Numbered from the stretch's first letter, positions 27,301 to 41,543 are shown. The stretch: DNA of 64,000 bases from Paramecium tetraurelia (GCA_000165425.1 CT868541.1:288096-352095), one strand, 5' to 3'. The notes: generated by a model not told the origin, from the letters alone. Numbers and translations are program-made.

Positions 27301-30300
27301 GGAGGATATTGTTAGAATAGGAGGTCGATGTAAGGTGAAGGAATTTGAACCAATGCTTTTGACAAGTAACTAGCAATTAAGAAAAATTCATTTTAATTGG
27401 CCTGATTTTTTAGATTTAAGAGAGGATTTGGATATAAAGCTGAGAAATTTATTAAATTTGACAGATAATGTGAATTATAAAGATGTTGAATAATATATGC
27501 CTGAATTGCTTGAGAGAGTAATTTTCCAATACTTAGAAATTGAGGATCTTAATTTCCATAACCCTCTATCATCAGTTTCTCGAAAATAAATTATGCATAT
27601 GTGGTTGGATAATTTTAAACCTCAAATAGAATAGGCTAATAAAATTATTGATATTGAAGAGGCAAATTCCAATTACTTATTATAAAGGTAAGTTAATAGA
27701 AAAAAATTTAAGCCAATTCTTGTTTACAAATTTAGCGATTTGGATCACCAATTTCGATTAACTGATGAGGCTTAATAATAATTAGATGATGATTTAGATG
27801 AAGAGTTTTTAGATGAAAATTAAAATATTGATTCTGATGAAGAGGAAAATAGAAAGATCTTCACTACTTCAGAAAAATCAGGGAAGGAGGAATTTGTAAG
27901 AAAACTTATTGAAGATTCAAGAACAATGAAGAGATTGTTAAATCGATTAGGCTAGGAGAATGAAGTTAGCTTTAATGTTATTTTGAATGAAATCAATCAA
28001 AAATAGAATTATTAAATATGGGAAATGCCATAAGCCAAAAGGAATGTGATCACAAGATACATATTTAGTCAGAAATTTTAGCATTTATTCCAACTTTTGT
28101 AAAGAGAAGTTGACTAATATGAAATTTATGTAAAATAACTAAAATAAGCGTATATTGACAGGGATATGAAATACATACAAACTAAGAGAATAGTGGGAGC
28201 AACTTTGTCAGGATGTGCAAAATATGCAGAAAAATTATCAAATTTAAAGTTTAATATTCTGGTTGTTGAAGAGGCAGGAGAAGTATTGGAATCTAATTTA
28301 ATCGCTGTATTGTCATAACAAATAAATCATTTAATTTTAATTGGTGATCATTAGTAATTGAAGCCACACCTGGAATGCTATGATTTGGAAGTGAAATTTA
28401 GAGCAAATATTTCATTATTTGAAAGACTAATAAAAAATGGATTAGAATATGCCACCTTAAGATATTAGAGGAGAATGAAATCTAAATTTGCTGACTTTAT
28501 TCGTTTAATCTACAAAGATTATAAGGATCACAGCTCAATAGAAGAATAAAACAAAATACATTTGGAAGGATTTAACTCTGATTTGCTCTTTTTTGATCAT
28601 AGAAAAAGTGAAGATAAAAAATTATACTCAAGTTCTAAATAAAATTAATTTGAAGCTAGGATGATTGTAAAAATGGTTGATTATTTATTGAAAAATGGTC
28701 ATACAAATTAATAAATAACTATCCTAACAACTTATGTGAGATAGGCACTATATATACAAAAAGAATGTGGAAATAGAAATATTAAAGTTTAGGCAATCGA
28801 CAATTATTAAGGAGAAGAAAATGATATAATATTGTTATCATTGGTTAGATCAAATGATGAATACAAATTGGGTTTTGTTGCAATAGATAATCGTGTCTGT
28901 GTAGCATTATCTCGAGCAAGATTGGGATTGTATGTATTTGGCGATTTCGATTTTATTAAAGTGTGCATAAAAGATCACCTGAAGAAAGACCCTTTAAAAA
29001 GAACCCCAGATGTTACAGGCTTGTGGTTAAAAATAATAGACTTAGCAGAGCAAAAAGGAGTAATTAAGAATCACATTGAGTTGAAATGTTCGTCCCATAA
29101 TTAAATAACAAAAATATATGATGTAAAAGATTGGGATCAAGTGAAAGGAGGTGGCTGTTAAAATACATGTGGGGCTGAATTCCCTTGTGGCCATATTTGT
29201 CAATTAAGATGCCACAAATCTAACCATCTTCAAAATGATTGCCCAGAAAACTGTGAAAAGATATTAACATGTGGTCATTAATGTTATGGAAGGTGTAAGT
29301 AGTATCCTTGCCCTCCTTGCAGGACAATGGTTTAAAAATAGATTTAAGAATGTGGTCACACTACCTCAATATAATGTTCTGACCAACATAAAAAGACTAA
29401 ATGCCGAGAAAGGTGTGAAAAGATTTTAAATTGCGGCCATTAATGTGCTCTTTAATGCATCGATGATTGCAAAATGAACAAATGTTTAATATAAATTTAA
29501 TACACTTTGCCATTATGCAAACATGTAATGTCTATTGGATGTGATGATCAAAATTACCTAAATAAGTTGATATGTCAATAGCCCTGCCAAAGCTAATCGA
29601 TATGTGGACATTAATGTTGTGGAAGTTGTGGGGTATGTTTTGAAAAATTCCATTACCCATGTTAAAATGTTTGTGAAAAGATATTATTATGTGGTCATAA
29701 ATGCAAACAACTGTGTTCTGTTGAGTGTTATAAGTGTGAAGATAAATGTGAGATAGAATGTAATTGTAACACTTAATGTAAAAAGAAATGCAATGAAAAG
29801 TGTAATCCATGCCAAAATAATTGCAAGTTGAGTTGCCAACACACCAATTGCACAAAAAAATGCTATGAAATATGTGATAGGAAGCCTTGCAATTAAAAAT
29901 GTGATAAGAAGCTAAAATGTGGTTGTGATTGTATGGGATTTTGTGGAGAGGTTTGCCCTGAGATTTGTTAGATCTAAGATCATAAAAACTAATTTGCTGA
30001 TAAGGACACAATTTATTATTAATTGGAGTGTAAATGCAATTTTATAAGTGAGGCGGAATTCCTAGACTAATATTTTGATAGTTAACAATCAAATTTTATT
30101 CACTGTCCAAAATGCAATTAGATTATTTGGAGAAGTAGAAGATATTAAAGTCAGGTCAAAAACTCATTAATTTAGTTTAATATTGAAAAAGAGAAGGCAT
30201 TACTTAAATAATAAATTACTAATGATAAAATCAAATCAGCCATTAAACTGACTGAAGAAAAACTAGAGTTAATATAAAAAAACAAAATAAAGGATAATGA

Positions 30301-30736
30301 TAGCTTTTTGGATAAAATCTTACAGGGTTTAAAATATGAAATGCAATAATATAATGCATGGAAACCTCAAAAGATGTCATATCACTATTTCAAGTGTGTC
30401 AAAAGACAATTAAAATATTATGAAACCACTCTGGAATTAATTGGATGTTTAAATGATAATCAACTATTCAATATCCATAAAAACAATTTGATTCACCAAT
30501 ATTTACTGAATGAAGATTTTAGAAGTTCCTATTCAAAAAGCTTTTGGTGGAAAGTCGCATATAAAATGGAGAACCTGTTATTATATTAAAAAATCATTGC
30601 TCAATATTAAAAGACTAAAGACATAGAATTCCAAAATATTTCTTATGCAATTGAAGATTCAAATTTCTATTTAGATGATGGAAAAAAACAATCATTTGAG
30701 AAGATCTTAAATGAATCAATCGCTGGTTAATAATGA
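24340..30736 (+). CDS. ZNFX1: ZNFX1/Hrr1-like SF1 RNA helicase with NF-X1 zinc-finger array (~2100 aa)
   Basis: NHFFILREDY, IQGPPGTGKT, CQTNHALDQFL, VVEEAGEVLE, LIGDHQQLKP, SLFERL, DNYQGEENDI, NRVCVALSRAR; repeated CGHxC fingers ~29150-29970; RING-like CKC..CPKC. Confidence 0.9.
25621..25990 (+). repeat. Degenerate ~30-nt tandem repeat encoding (P/T)QYE(V/A)KQYN-like units inside the ZNFX1-like gene
   Basis: Recurring cagtatgaagttaaa / cagtatgaagctaaataa units. Confidence 0.85.
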
Positions 30737-30769
30737 AAATCATGTAGGTTATTTAAACAAGTATTAAAT

Positions 30770-31904
30770 TCATTTAAAAAAATAACTATAAACATCGTTT
30801 CCAAATGATAATGGTTTAGCTATTAATCTTCCCATTAATCCCTTAGGCTTTTTTGGTTTGTGTTACTTTTCTTTCCTTTTAATGAATCCAATATCTAAAA
30901 GTACCTATACCAATCTCTTCTGTTTCCTACATTTTTGTATTTCTCGATAGAAATTATTTATCAATCCTCTCTTGATGAACTCAGTTATTTTTTAAAAGTC
31001 GTTTATTTTCAATAAATAATTCTCAAAATATTTCAGCATCGATAGTATAATCTTGGTTAATATGTCTTCCCCTTCTATAAAAAACATTGCCAATATAACC
31101 AAAGAGAATTATATCGGAGCATGTTGCATACACAAAGTCAAATAAAATGCATTCACACACATACTCATATCCTCAATTCCAAGGCTTAAAAAATGGTGAT
31201 ATAATGCAGGCATTCTTTTCCTTAAATTTGAAGTTGAATTTTGCTACCAATAGGAACAATCCTGGTGTATCATTAATATAACATTATCTCCACTCCCTAT
31301 CCATTATTATGGTTCTTAGAATTTCAAATATAGCTTCATCATTATTGAAGTCCAAATACATAAGAGCTGCAACAATGAAATTCATTCCCTAACCATAAGA
31401 TACTTCTGAATCCAAATTACTGTAAGCCACCAGTATGTCCTACAGTCTTTAAAGTACTTCTTCTTTCTAAAAATAAATTGAACTCTTAAAAGTTCTATTA
31501 ACGTCCTTACTGATACATTCATAATTTTTTTCTTTCACTTGACTTTTTAGTTAGGCAAATTAACAAGACATTTAGCATTGCATCGTTATGAAATCAAAAA
31601 CTTGCTTCACTGTTAATGATCTTGTAGTAAATATTGATAATAGTAGGTTTTTATTTGAATCGTACGTTCCAGTCTTTAAAAGGGTTTACCACTCTGAATG
31701 TGATAGCACTTACACATCTATGTTATAATATTTCAACTCTAGATTCAATTATTCATAATAATCATCTTCCCATACATAACTTGGAATAGGTTTTAAAATA
31801 GCTAATTCATCCTCAACAGTTATCTCATGAGAACTTTTTTCATCAAAGAGCGAGTATGCACACTGATTGCTTTTTCTGAATGGATTAAAGTATTATTAAA
31901 TCAT
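30770..31904 (-). CDS. TBC-domain Rab GTPase-activating protein
   Basis: ISKDVNRTF (arginine finger) and SYGQGMNFI (glutamine finger) motifs. Confidence 0.88.
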
Positions 31905-32817
31905 ATTGGTTAAGTATTATATAGAATAAACTTAATATTATAGTTTAATAAATGTACATTTAGCAGCTAACTCATCTGAACAAATTTAAGAATTTATCAA
32001 AATTTAAGTAATATTTATATCTAAATCAAAAAGAAATGACTAATAATGAAAGTTGAATTTTAAAGTAATTGGTTAATAAATATTTCATCTGGTGTAGGAA
32101 TTTTCAAATTATGAACAAATGTTTATTATTCCTTTATTGTTCAATAATCACTTAAATATAATTGACAATAAAATAATGATCATATATTGTTGTTTCTAAA
32201 TTAATTAAGCTGGATACTAGATAATTTAGTCTTCTCATATGATATCCCACCCCTTAATAATTTAATGAAAAAGGAAATCTTGCTAATAGAGTTGATATAT
32301 TATGTATTAATAGTTAAATATTTGCTGATTAATTATATTATGTAATAAAAAAATATTCAGAATATTAATTTAACAATATAGATTTTATAATAAGATTGTA
32401 ATTTATGTGTTATTCAAAATGAATATGAAACTCAATTTTTTGTTATTCTTTTCTTTAATGCAGTGTTGCTCGAACTGATCATTGTAATCCTAACTTATTT
32501 TTGATTTAGTATTAATTGAAATAGAATAGTTAATATATAGTATAATCCATTATTACATATTGAATGATTTGATTGCAGAATATCCTTAGGATTGATATTT
32601 TGAAAAGAACTAATATAGGGAGAGTCAAGCAAGTGCTGCTTTGAATTTTTATCAAAAGAATAGAATTATATAACGATAATTTGTGTGTAATAAAAAGATT
32701 TTCTCCATAATTGTTCTGATAACCTTGGAGAATGTGGAAATGAATAATAGATGAGTTTTAAAATGTCCTATTAAGTTTTGATTAATTCACATTAATATAT
32801 AATATATTCTTAATGCA

Positions 32818-32824
32818 CCAATCA
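32818..32824 (+). promoter_or_regulatory. CCAAT box upstream of histone H3
   Basis: CCAATCA about 60 bp upstream of the H3 ATG; CCAAT elements are typical of histone promoters. Confidence 0.4.
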
Positions 32825-32882
32825 AATCTTAGTATAATATTTTAAGTACGCAAAATATTAAGTGACATTTTTAATAATAAAA

Positions 32883-33305
<423 letters not shown>

Positions 33306-33565
33306 TATTCTTACAAAATTTAACGAAAAATTTATTATATATAATTAATGAAATTCTAAAGCATATGATATAAAGAGTTTATTATAGAAACCTCATTAAG
33401 TATAGAAAATTGGGTTTGAGTAATCAGTGGGTTCTAATAGTAAAGTGAAAATTATCATCAAACAAGGTATTTGAGTTTGAGAACTGTATTTTTGGAGAGC
33501 TTGGAACATTTAAGACTTAATAAAGATGTCTATATTTGTATAATTTTTAATACTACTTAAGTAAA

Positions 33566-34761
33566 TCAATTAAAAGCTTTTTTACCAACTATAATATAAT
33601 CGTCATAAAGTTTTTTCTTAACATAAGGATTTTTGACTTTAGGTTTCACGTGAGGTTTAATGATAGGAGGTAATCTGGAGTGCAAGCTTCCGTCTCTTAC
33701 TTTCTCATTCTCATCATCAGATTAATTCAATTTGCCTTCCAACTTTACTTCCAACTTTATTGTGCCGGGATAAATACCCTTATTTAATCTGGTTTTTGGT
33801 TTTGTAATTGTGATTGCCTTACCAAATTGAGTACTATCACTGGACTGAGACATCGGAGCATCCCAAAATTCTTCAAAGAATTCATGTCTGAGTGCCTCCT
33901 CCGCAGTGATTCTCTTAGTTGGATCAAGTTACAATAATTTATAAAGTAAGTCTATGCAATCAGGTCCAGCATGTGGAGATACTAATCTTTCCAGTCCGAT
34001 TCCTTTTTAGGGTTTAAAATTAAATTCCATATGAGAAGCTTGAGATTTGAATCTGTTCAAGAGTTCAGGTTCAGGAGTGCCTAAGATTTTGAAGATTTTG
34101 TTAATTTGATCTAATTCATTTTCACCTTGAAATAGAGGTAACAGTGCAATAATTTCAAACATCACACACCCAACTCCCCAAATATCCATTTTTTGATCGT
34201 AGTAACCATCTGTCATTAGACATTCAGGTGCTCTGTACCATCTTGTGCTGATGTATTCAGTATATGGATGAGTCGAATGTATCCCTTTGCAACTTCCCAA
34301 GTCTGCTACTTTAACATTGTCATTTTTGATCAGAATATTTTCAGGTTTAATATCTCTATGAAAGAAATTGCGTTTGTGCATGTAATCCAAGGCTTTTAAT
34401 ACTTGATGCATATATTTTTTGACTTTGGCCATGCTCATATATGAATTTCTATTCTTTATGCAGTCATAAAGATTCATTTCCATTAATTCACATACCAAAG
34501 CCAATCTTCCACTAGGTTCGTCATAGAGAACTTCATGCAATTTCACAATATTTGGATGTTATTACAGTTAATGTAAGGCTTAGATTTCTTTGAGGTTCTT
34601 CACTTAATCCTAATGATATTTAAAGATCATATTACCACACTATCAAATCTATTCTTCATGCATTTAATAGCAACTACTTACCCGGTTATCATTGATTTAG
34701 CTTTCAAGACTTCTGAGAAAGTACCTTCTCCTATTTTGACTAGAATGTAATATTGGTTCAT
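33566..34761 (-). CDS. MOK: MOK/RAGE (LF4-like) MAK-family kinase
   Basis: GEGTFSEV, AIKCMK, FHRDIKPEN, DLGSCKG, PYTEYISTRWYRAPECLMTDGYY. Confidence 0.9.
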
Positions 34762-34809
34762 ACTACTCAATAAAAAAATAAATTTGATTTTTTACTAATA
34801 AAAATAATT

Positions 34810-36080
34810 ATGGGGCTCATTGAGAAAATCAAGGAAATTGAGGATGAAATGGCCAGAACTCAAAAGAATAAGGCAACTGAGTACCATATGGGTCAATTGA
34901 AGGCTAAATTGGCCAAATATCGTACTCAATTATTGGAGCCTCCTAAATCTGGTCCAAAGGGTGAAGGATTTGAAGTTTAAAAGTTTGGTAATGCAAGAGT
35001 TTGTATGATTGGATTCCCATCCGTCGGAAAGGTAAGAACATCATCTCTATCTCCAAGTCCACCATTCTCTCAACTTTAACAAAAACCTAATCCTTAGTGG
35101 CTGCTTACGAATTTACTACATTAACATGCATTCCTGGAGTAATTGACTATAAAGATGCCAAAATCTAATTGCTTGATCTCCCAGGAATTATTGAAGGAGC
35201 CTCTGAAGGCAGGGGAAGAGGAAGACAAGTCATTGCAGTTGCTAAAGCCTGTGATCTGGTTCTAATGGTCTTGGAAGCCGATAAAGCAGAGGATCAAAGA
35301 AGGAAACTCACTTTGGAACTCGACAAGATGGGTATTAGACTGAATAGAAGGAAACCAGATGTGACTATCACACCAAATAAATCAGGAATGTATCACATAT
35401 CATTATCACTTTTAGGGTTCGTATTACATCAACTATCAAATTGACCAAAGTGGATGAAAAATTAATTAAGAACATTATGTAAGAATATAAAATCCATAAC
35501 GTTGATATACTGATCAGAGAGGATATCACAGTAGATGATTTGATTGATATTATAGAAGGAAACAGAAAATATGTCAAGTGTCTCTATGTTTTCAACAAAA
35601 TTGATAAGATATCTATTGAAGAAGTGGATGAAATCGCCAGAAGAAAGGATCATTGTGTGATATCATGCAATTTGAAGCTCAATTTGGATTATTTGTTAGA
35701 GTGCATGTGGGACAAACTTGATTTAGTGAGAGTCTATACAAAGAAGAGAGGAAATTAGCCTGATTTCTCTGATCCAATAGTTCTCAGTAATGAACGTAAT
35801 GGTTTGATGGTTAGAAGTGTTTGTGCACAGATTCATAGAGAGTTGGTTGATGAATTCAAGTTTGCCATCGTTTGGGGGAGAAGTTGCAAGTAAGGTCTTT
35901 GATTTATGCAGGTTTAACCCATAGAAGGTTGGATTGAACCATGTATTAGCTGATGAGGATGTTCTGTAGATTTACAAGTCCAAAACTAAGGCGTAATTAG
36001 CCAAATAAAACAAATAAATCAAGGGCACTAAACATGATAGGAAAAAAGAGGAGAAAGGAGATAAAAGTTAAAAAAAATGA
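34810..36080 (+). CDS. DRG2: Developmentally regulated GTP-binding protein 2 (OBG family)
   Basis: [68 protein letters not shown] domain. Confidence 0.93.
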
Positions 36081-36329
36081 ATGCTGTAATTGGTTATAAA
36101 TATATATATAATTAATTAACATAAATTTCATCTCAGGAGGTAATTAGGATTTTCTCTCATTAAATTATCCAAATTTAGTTACATAAAATAAATAATTGCG
36201 TTTCCCAAGGATTCCAAATATAAAATTACTGTTTTCTTACTTACTTGATATCAAGTAAATCAAACTAGTATGAATTATTATATTTGACTTTTTTACAATA
36301 AAAAATTCTTAATCTTAATTATTTTTGTA

Positions 36330-37286
36330 ATGTCTATAAATATAATCAAATCTCATAAAATTGAAGTACCCAAGCCAAGAGTAACACAAAATTATAGCAG
36401 GAATCATCTGACAACATCCAAAATACTTCGATGTATCACACTATTGTGTATTTTAATAGCAAAAAGTTTGGATGGATTTATTAGACTTTTATAATAAACA
36501 TGCTATCAAAAGTCAGAGTAGTGCATAGATACTAACTAGGTAGTTTCAACTACTAGATAACTGAACACACAAAAGACTTTGATGGAATTCGGATTCCTAA
36601 ATGGAAGAAGCTCTCCTATAAAAAAGAATAAATAGCCTTAGAAGAGCAGACAAAAAAATTATAAATTTCCTGAGTTATAGTATAGAATACGGAGATTAAG
36701 TTGTGGATGTGGGGAATGTGGGATGGTGGGACGTAAAATTAGGAAATTTCACGATATTCTGATTCCAAAAATGAAGGAAGTTTAAGATTAAGCAAGAGTA
36801 GGAAATGGGAATAAATTGAGGGGAATTTTTAGTCAAGTGACTAAGACTGCGAGGATGTGCATAAGTTTGAAAACTTTGCAATCAGAACGAGAAAGGGAGG
36901 AGAAAGTAGAGTTTAGTCCTGAGGGGAAGGGAAGTGTTTTTGACTTTTAATGTAAGCAGGTGTCTCGAAAGATTATTTACTAAAACTAAATGAATCAACT
37001 ACCGTTAATAAAGAAGCCTCAGATGAAGGATTACATGAGGAAGATAAACAACCTGAACAACTTAATTGAGTAGACTCAAATGATAACTACTCAGTCTTCA
37101 ACTTTGATCAGGAACTCAGCACCAAATTTAGATGCATTCGAAAAGAGACAGATGGAGAGTCCGATGTCGAAAAGAGAACAGTCAATGCATAGTTCTCGGT
37201 AGAAACAAAATATTTACTTATTAAAGACACCTCTGAATGGATTGAGTTTATCGAAGTTCAGCAGAGAGTTTAAAATAAAATAATGA
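36330..37286 (+). CDS. Hypothetical protein with CGCGEC motif
   Basis: Table-6 frame with at least one small intron; RLSCGCGECGMV; ends FSREFKIKQ*. Confidence 0.6.
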
Positions 37287-37991
37287 AATATATTTAATTT
37301 TGGAATTAAAGCAACGATATTGAATAACAATCTAATCCTAAGGAGAAATCGGGGTTCTTATCTAAGTTTTCTCATTCTTTTAGATTTCTATAGCCATGTA
37401 AGATGAATACATACATATATGAGAGAAAGTGTATTGATAAGGTAGATGATGTATAATAAAGCAGCAATGAGAATTGAAAGAATTTCGTAATATTTTTCAG
37501 AGTGGGAATATGTTTTATGTTTGTGGCATTCCATTGATCATAGTGTTTCCATCCAAATTCGGTGGTTTATTTAATTTGGAGTATGATGTGTAAATAGATC
37601 ATTAAGTTTGTGTTTATTATAAAATGAGGGTAGAACTTTGTGAAGATGTTTTGTAATGGGGATAAATTCATTTACAAGAACATTTATGTGATTATTTTGA
37701 TTGAAACTGCATATTTTAGTTTGATCAACAAGAATTACATATTGGTGCCCCTCCTCTTAGGTATTTGAGTACTTAAAGAGTTTAGATGATGTCTTCGGAG
37801 TGGTTGTTTGCGTCTTCATTTCCAGGTGGGATCACTGGCATGAAGATTATTACAAAATAAAATACTTGCACCAATAATAATGTCATTTTGTTTTAAGTAT
37901 TCAGAATGGAATTCATTTCTGGGGGGATGAGAGGAATAAAGTGAAATTGCAGTACGAAAATGATGGATTTATATATATTTTAATAATGTTT

Positions 37992-38274
37992 TCACCATGA
38001 TATGGGATTGTAGGGAGATTCCTCTATAACATAATTCATCATCACAACTCCGGGGACTCCCATCATTCTCTGGATTTCGAGTTCGTGATTCATCATCATT
38101 ACATCCATTGGAGGTGTGTGATAGTGAAATTGCATGAATGAATATTCATCTAAGCTAAGATCCTATTTCTCTACTCATATCAATTGCAGCAATACCAATT
38201 TATTGGCGTCCTCTCAGTTGGGATTGGGCAAAACATATAGATGCTAAAATCAGTATGATAAACACCTGTCTCAT
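37992..38274 (-). CDS. Small secreted protein (85 aa)
   Basis: Signal peptide MRQVFIILILASICFA; a 25-nt intron restores the frame to ...ESPYNPISW*. Confidence 0.6.
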
Positions 38275-38503
38275 CTTTGCTATTTTCCCCTTGTTATTAT
38301 TAATTATTCACTCAGAAATCCGTTTTAAATTTTATATACTCCAATAATGTCTTTACAATAGAATTGCGATCACCCCACCAAATACTGTTTGGGATGGTTC
38401 TTTGGTACTTGATTTCACACGTAAATTGAAATTTTATAATTTGACATAAAGTGATGATGCGAATGTAAAATACTATTAAATTCTTATATTTATTAATTTA
38501 ATT

Positions 38504-40910
38504 ATGCGTCCTCATTATGCTAGTAGTATTGCAAGTATACCACCCCCAAAATAATAATAGTATTTTGAAGGCAATCGAAAGGGAGAAGTCAACGAATTGA
38601 AAATGTACAATTATTCAATCCATATAGATTGGTTAAGAACACCCTAAGCGAGAAGGATGACAAAAAGAAGCGAGAAGTAGTCAAAAAGGTTATAGCCTAC
38701 ATGACCTCAGGTATTGTGATCTCTCCATCTCTTTAGGAATCGATGTTTCCAAAATATTCCCTGAAATGTGCATGGCTTCCTACACTAATGACATGGTCCA
38801 AAAGAAGATGATCTACTTGTATCTCACTACCTACGCCGAACAAAACAAAGATTTGGCATTCATGGCAATAAGCACATTCTAAAAGGATTGCAAACACAGC
38901 GATCCAAAAATCAGAGGATTCGCACTCAGAAATCTTTGCTCCTTGAGATTCAGTGGTGCCATCGAGTACTTGATGCCAGCCATCAGAGAATCCCTTTCTG
39001 ACATAGATCCCTATGTTAGAAAAACAGCCATCATGGGATGCGTCAAAGTTTACTACATGCAACCAGATTACCTCAGCAACATAGAAGAACAGTTGTATAA
39101 GATGATAAGTGACAACGATCCCTTGGTCATTATCAATGCAATCCATGCACTCAATGAAATATTGGCAGAAGAGGGAGGAATGGCCCTATCCAAAAAATTA
39201 GTAGATTATCTCTTGGGCAGATTGAAAGAATTCAACGAATGGGGACAAGCCACCATCTTGGATGAATTGTCCAAATACCAACCCAAAGATGACAAAGAGA
39301 TGTTCAACATTATGAATCTCCTAGAAGAGAGACTCAAACATTCCTGTTCTGCCATTGTGTTAGCAGTCATCAAAGTCTTCATGAATTTCACCAAAAACAA
39401 ACCTCAAGTTTACGAATAAGTCATTACTAGAGTCAAAGCTCCCCTTGTTACTTTGGCATCTATTAGTGAAGGCAATCTAGAAATTATGTACACCATTCTG
39501 TGTCACATTAAGTTCATTGCCTCCAAAGGATACAATTAAGTATTTGCTTAAGATTATAAATGCTTCTATTGTAGAGTTGATGAACCCACATACATCAAAT
39601 TAATTAAACTTGAAATATTGGCTCTGATTGCCTGTGATTTCAACCTAGGAGATATGCTGAATGAATTAGGGGAATATGTCACTGATGTCGATTAGGAAAT
39701 TTCCAAGAAATCCATACAAGCATTGGGTGCCATTGCCCTTAGATTACCTGATCTAGCAAATGCCATCGTTAAACAATTGTCCTCTTTCATTACTTTACAA
39801 GACTACATTACAAATGAAGTCATAATTGTATTTAAGGATATTCTCAGAAAAGATCCAAAACACATCAAGGATTGTCTGGAGATTATTTAATCAGACAGTG
39901 TCACAGATCAAAACTCAAAAATAGCATTAATCTACATCTTGGGACAATTTGGATCTCAGATTCCTCTGGCTCCCTACATTCTATAAACATTCATTGGAGC
40001 AGCAGAATCAGTTGAACTTAAACATACCTTATTGACTGCTTGTCTCAAGGTGTTCTTTTGCAGAGCACCAGAAATGCAGGAAATTTTGGGCAAACTATTT
40101 TACAACATAATGAACAATGAGAATGAAGACATTGATTTACAAGATCGTGCTGCTTTCTATTATAGAGCATTGTAAAACAATCCCATTGAACTTAAAAAGT
40201 TGTGGCAAAATAGTATTAAAGTGGATAAATTCTTGGAGGAATAAAATATCAACAAGGAAGCCTTACTCTTTGAATTTAATTCTCTCTCTGTCGTCTATGA
40301 AAAGAGTGTCAGCAAGTTCATCAAACCAGCTGAGTATTTTAATAATCTTAGGAATAAAGAAATGCAAGATCAAATTCAAGAAGTACAACAAACCACTGAA
40401 AAACCAGAGCCAGTTCAAGATGGATTTGAAAACGATCAAGATATAATTATTACAAATCCAACTATTGAAAAAAATGCTCCAAATTTACTTGAAATTACTG
40501 AATAACCTAAACAATAATTAGTTGTTGATAACTTTGTACTTGACTATAGAATTGATGTTGAATATTTTGAAAGCATGTGGACAAGCTTAAATAATGGGTA
40601 TCTTATAAGTATATATTATTCTAGAGCTTCCATCACTAGAACACTGGCTAGAAATGATATTGCAAATGAAAATGCCATGGAGTAGCTATTTAATCGTTTT
40701 AGATTGTATAATATCGCAGCTGGAGAAGAAGATAATGTACTTTAGATGTATTTTTATGGAGCACACAAATGTTAAGTGTTTTTTGAATTCGAAATCAATA
40801 AAAATTTGAGCACTGTCATACTAAATACAAGATCAGAATTAGAAGATTATGCTTACTTAGGATAGAAATACGTTGAAGATTTCCTTAAATAATCAAATTT
40901 AATTAGTTGA
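38504..40910 (+). CDS. AP4B1: Adaptor complex beta subunit, most like AP-4 beta
   Basis: GIDVSKIFPEMCMASYTNDMVQKKMIYLYLTTYA, DPKIRGFALRNLCSLR, YVRKTA, DLQDRAAFYYR. Confidence 0.85.
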
Positions 40911-41543
40911 TATTAATATTCAATTAACATTAACATTTAATATACATTCAAATAATATTATCACTCTCTCCCTTCTAATAAGGAATCAAGAATTCTATGT
41001 GTTCACTCCTTTTTATTAGATTTCGGATTTCTATTTTAAGATTACCTAATTTATCATATACAATTAGACTCACCTCTAATTAGCTTGATTATTTTAACAA
41101 TACAACAAACAGACTCATCCTACTTTTTTATACCGTCTATCTATTACACTATTAAGGATTTTCTGCAATTTTATAACCAGTAAGATATATTACTTCATAA
41201 GATAATCCATAATTTAATGATTCCAATAGAAATATTCAATATTTTCTTACTATAAACCAATAATATATACTTTTTTGGTCTCAAAATCTCTGTAATAATA
41301 GTTCTATTTTTTCATATCCTTTTATAAACTTGAATTAAATACTTGTTATTCATTAGTTTTTAAGTTAATTCCCATCTACATTTATCTTCCTTAATCTCAT
41401 TCTAAATTCATCCTTATTCTGGTTATATATCATTGAAATGTTATATTTAATTTTAATTTTAAAATACCTAACATCCATCAAAATCTTCAAATTCTTCTAC
41501 CATTTTTTTTGAATATTAGTTAATATGATATATAATATTATTA

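Noticed and set aside
40946..41510. Possible minus-strand gene between AP-4 beta and DUF1295
   Set aside because: Several partial frames and intron-like segments, but no consistent model or motif.
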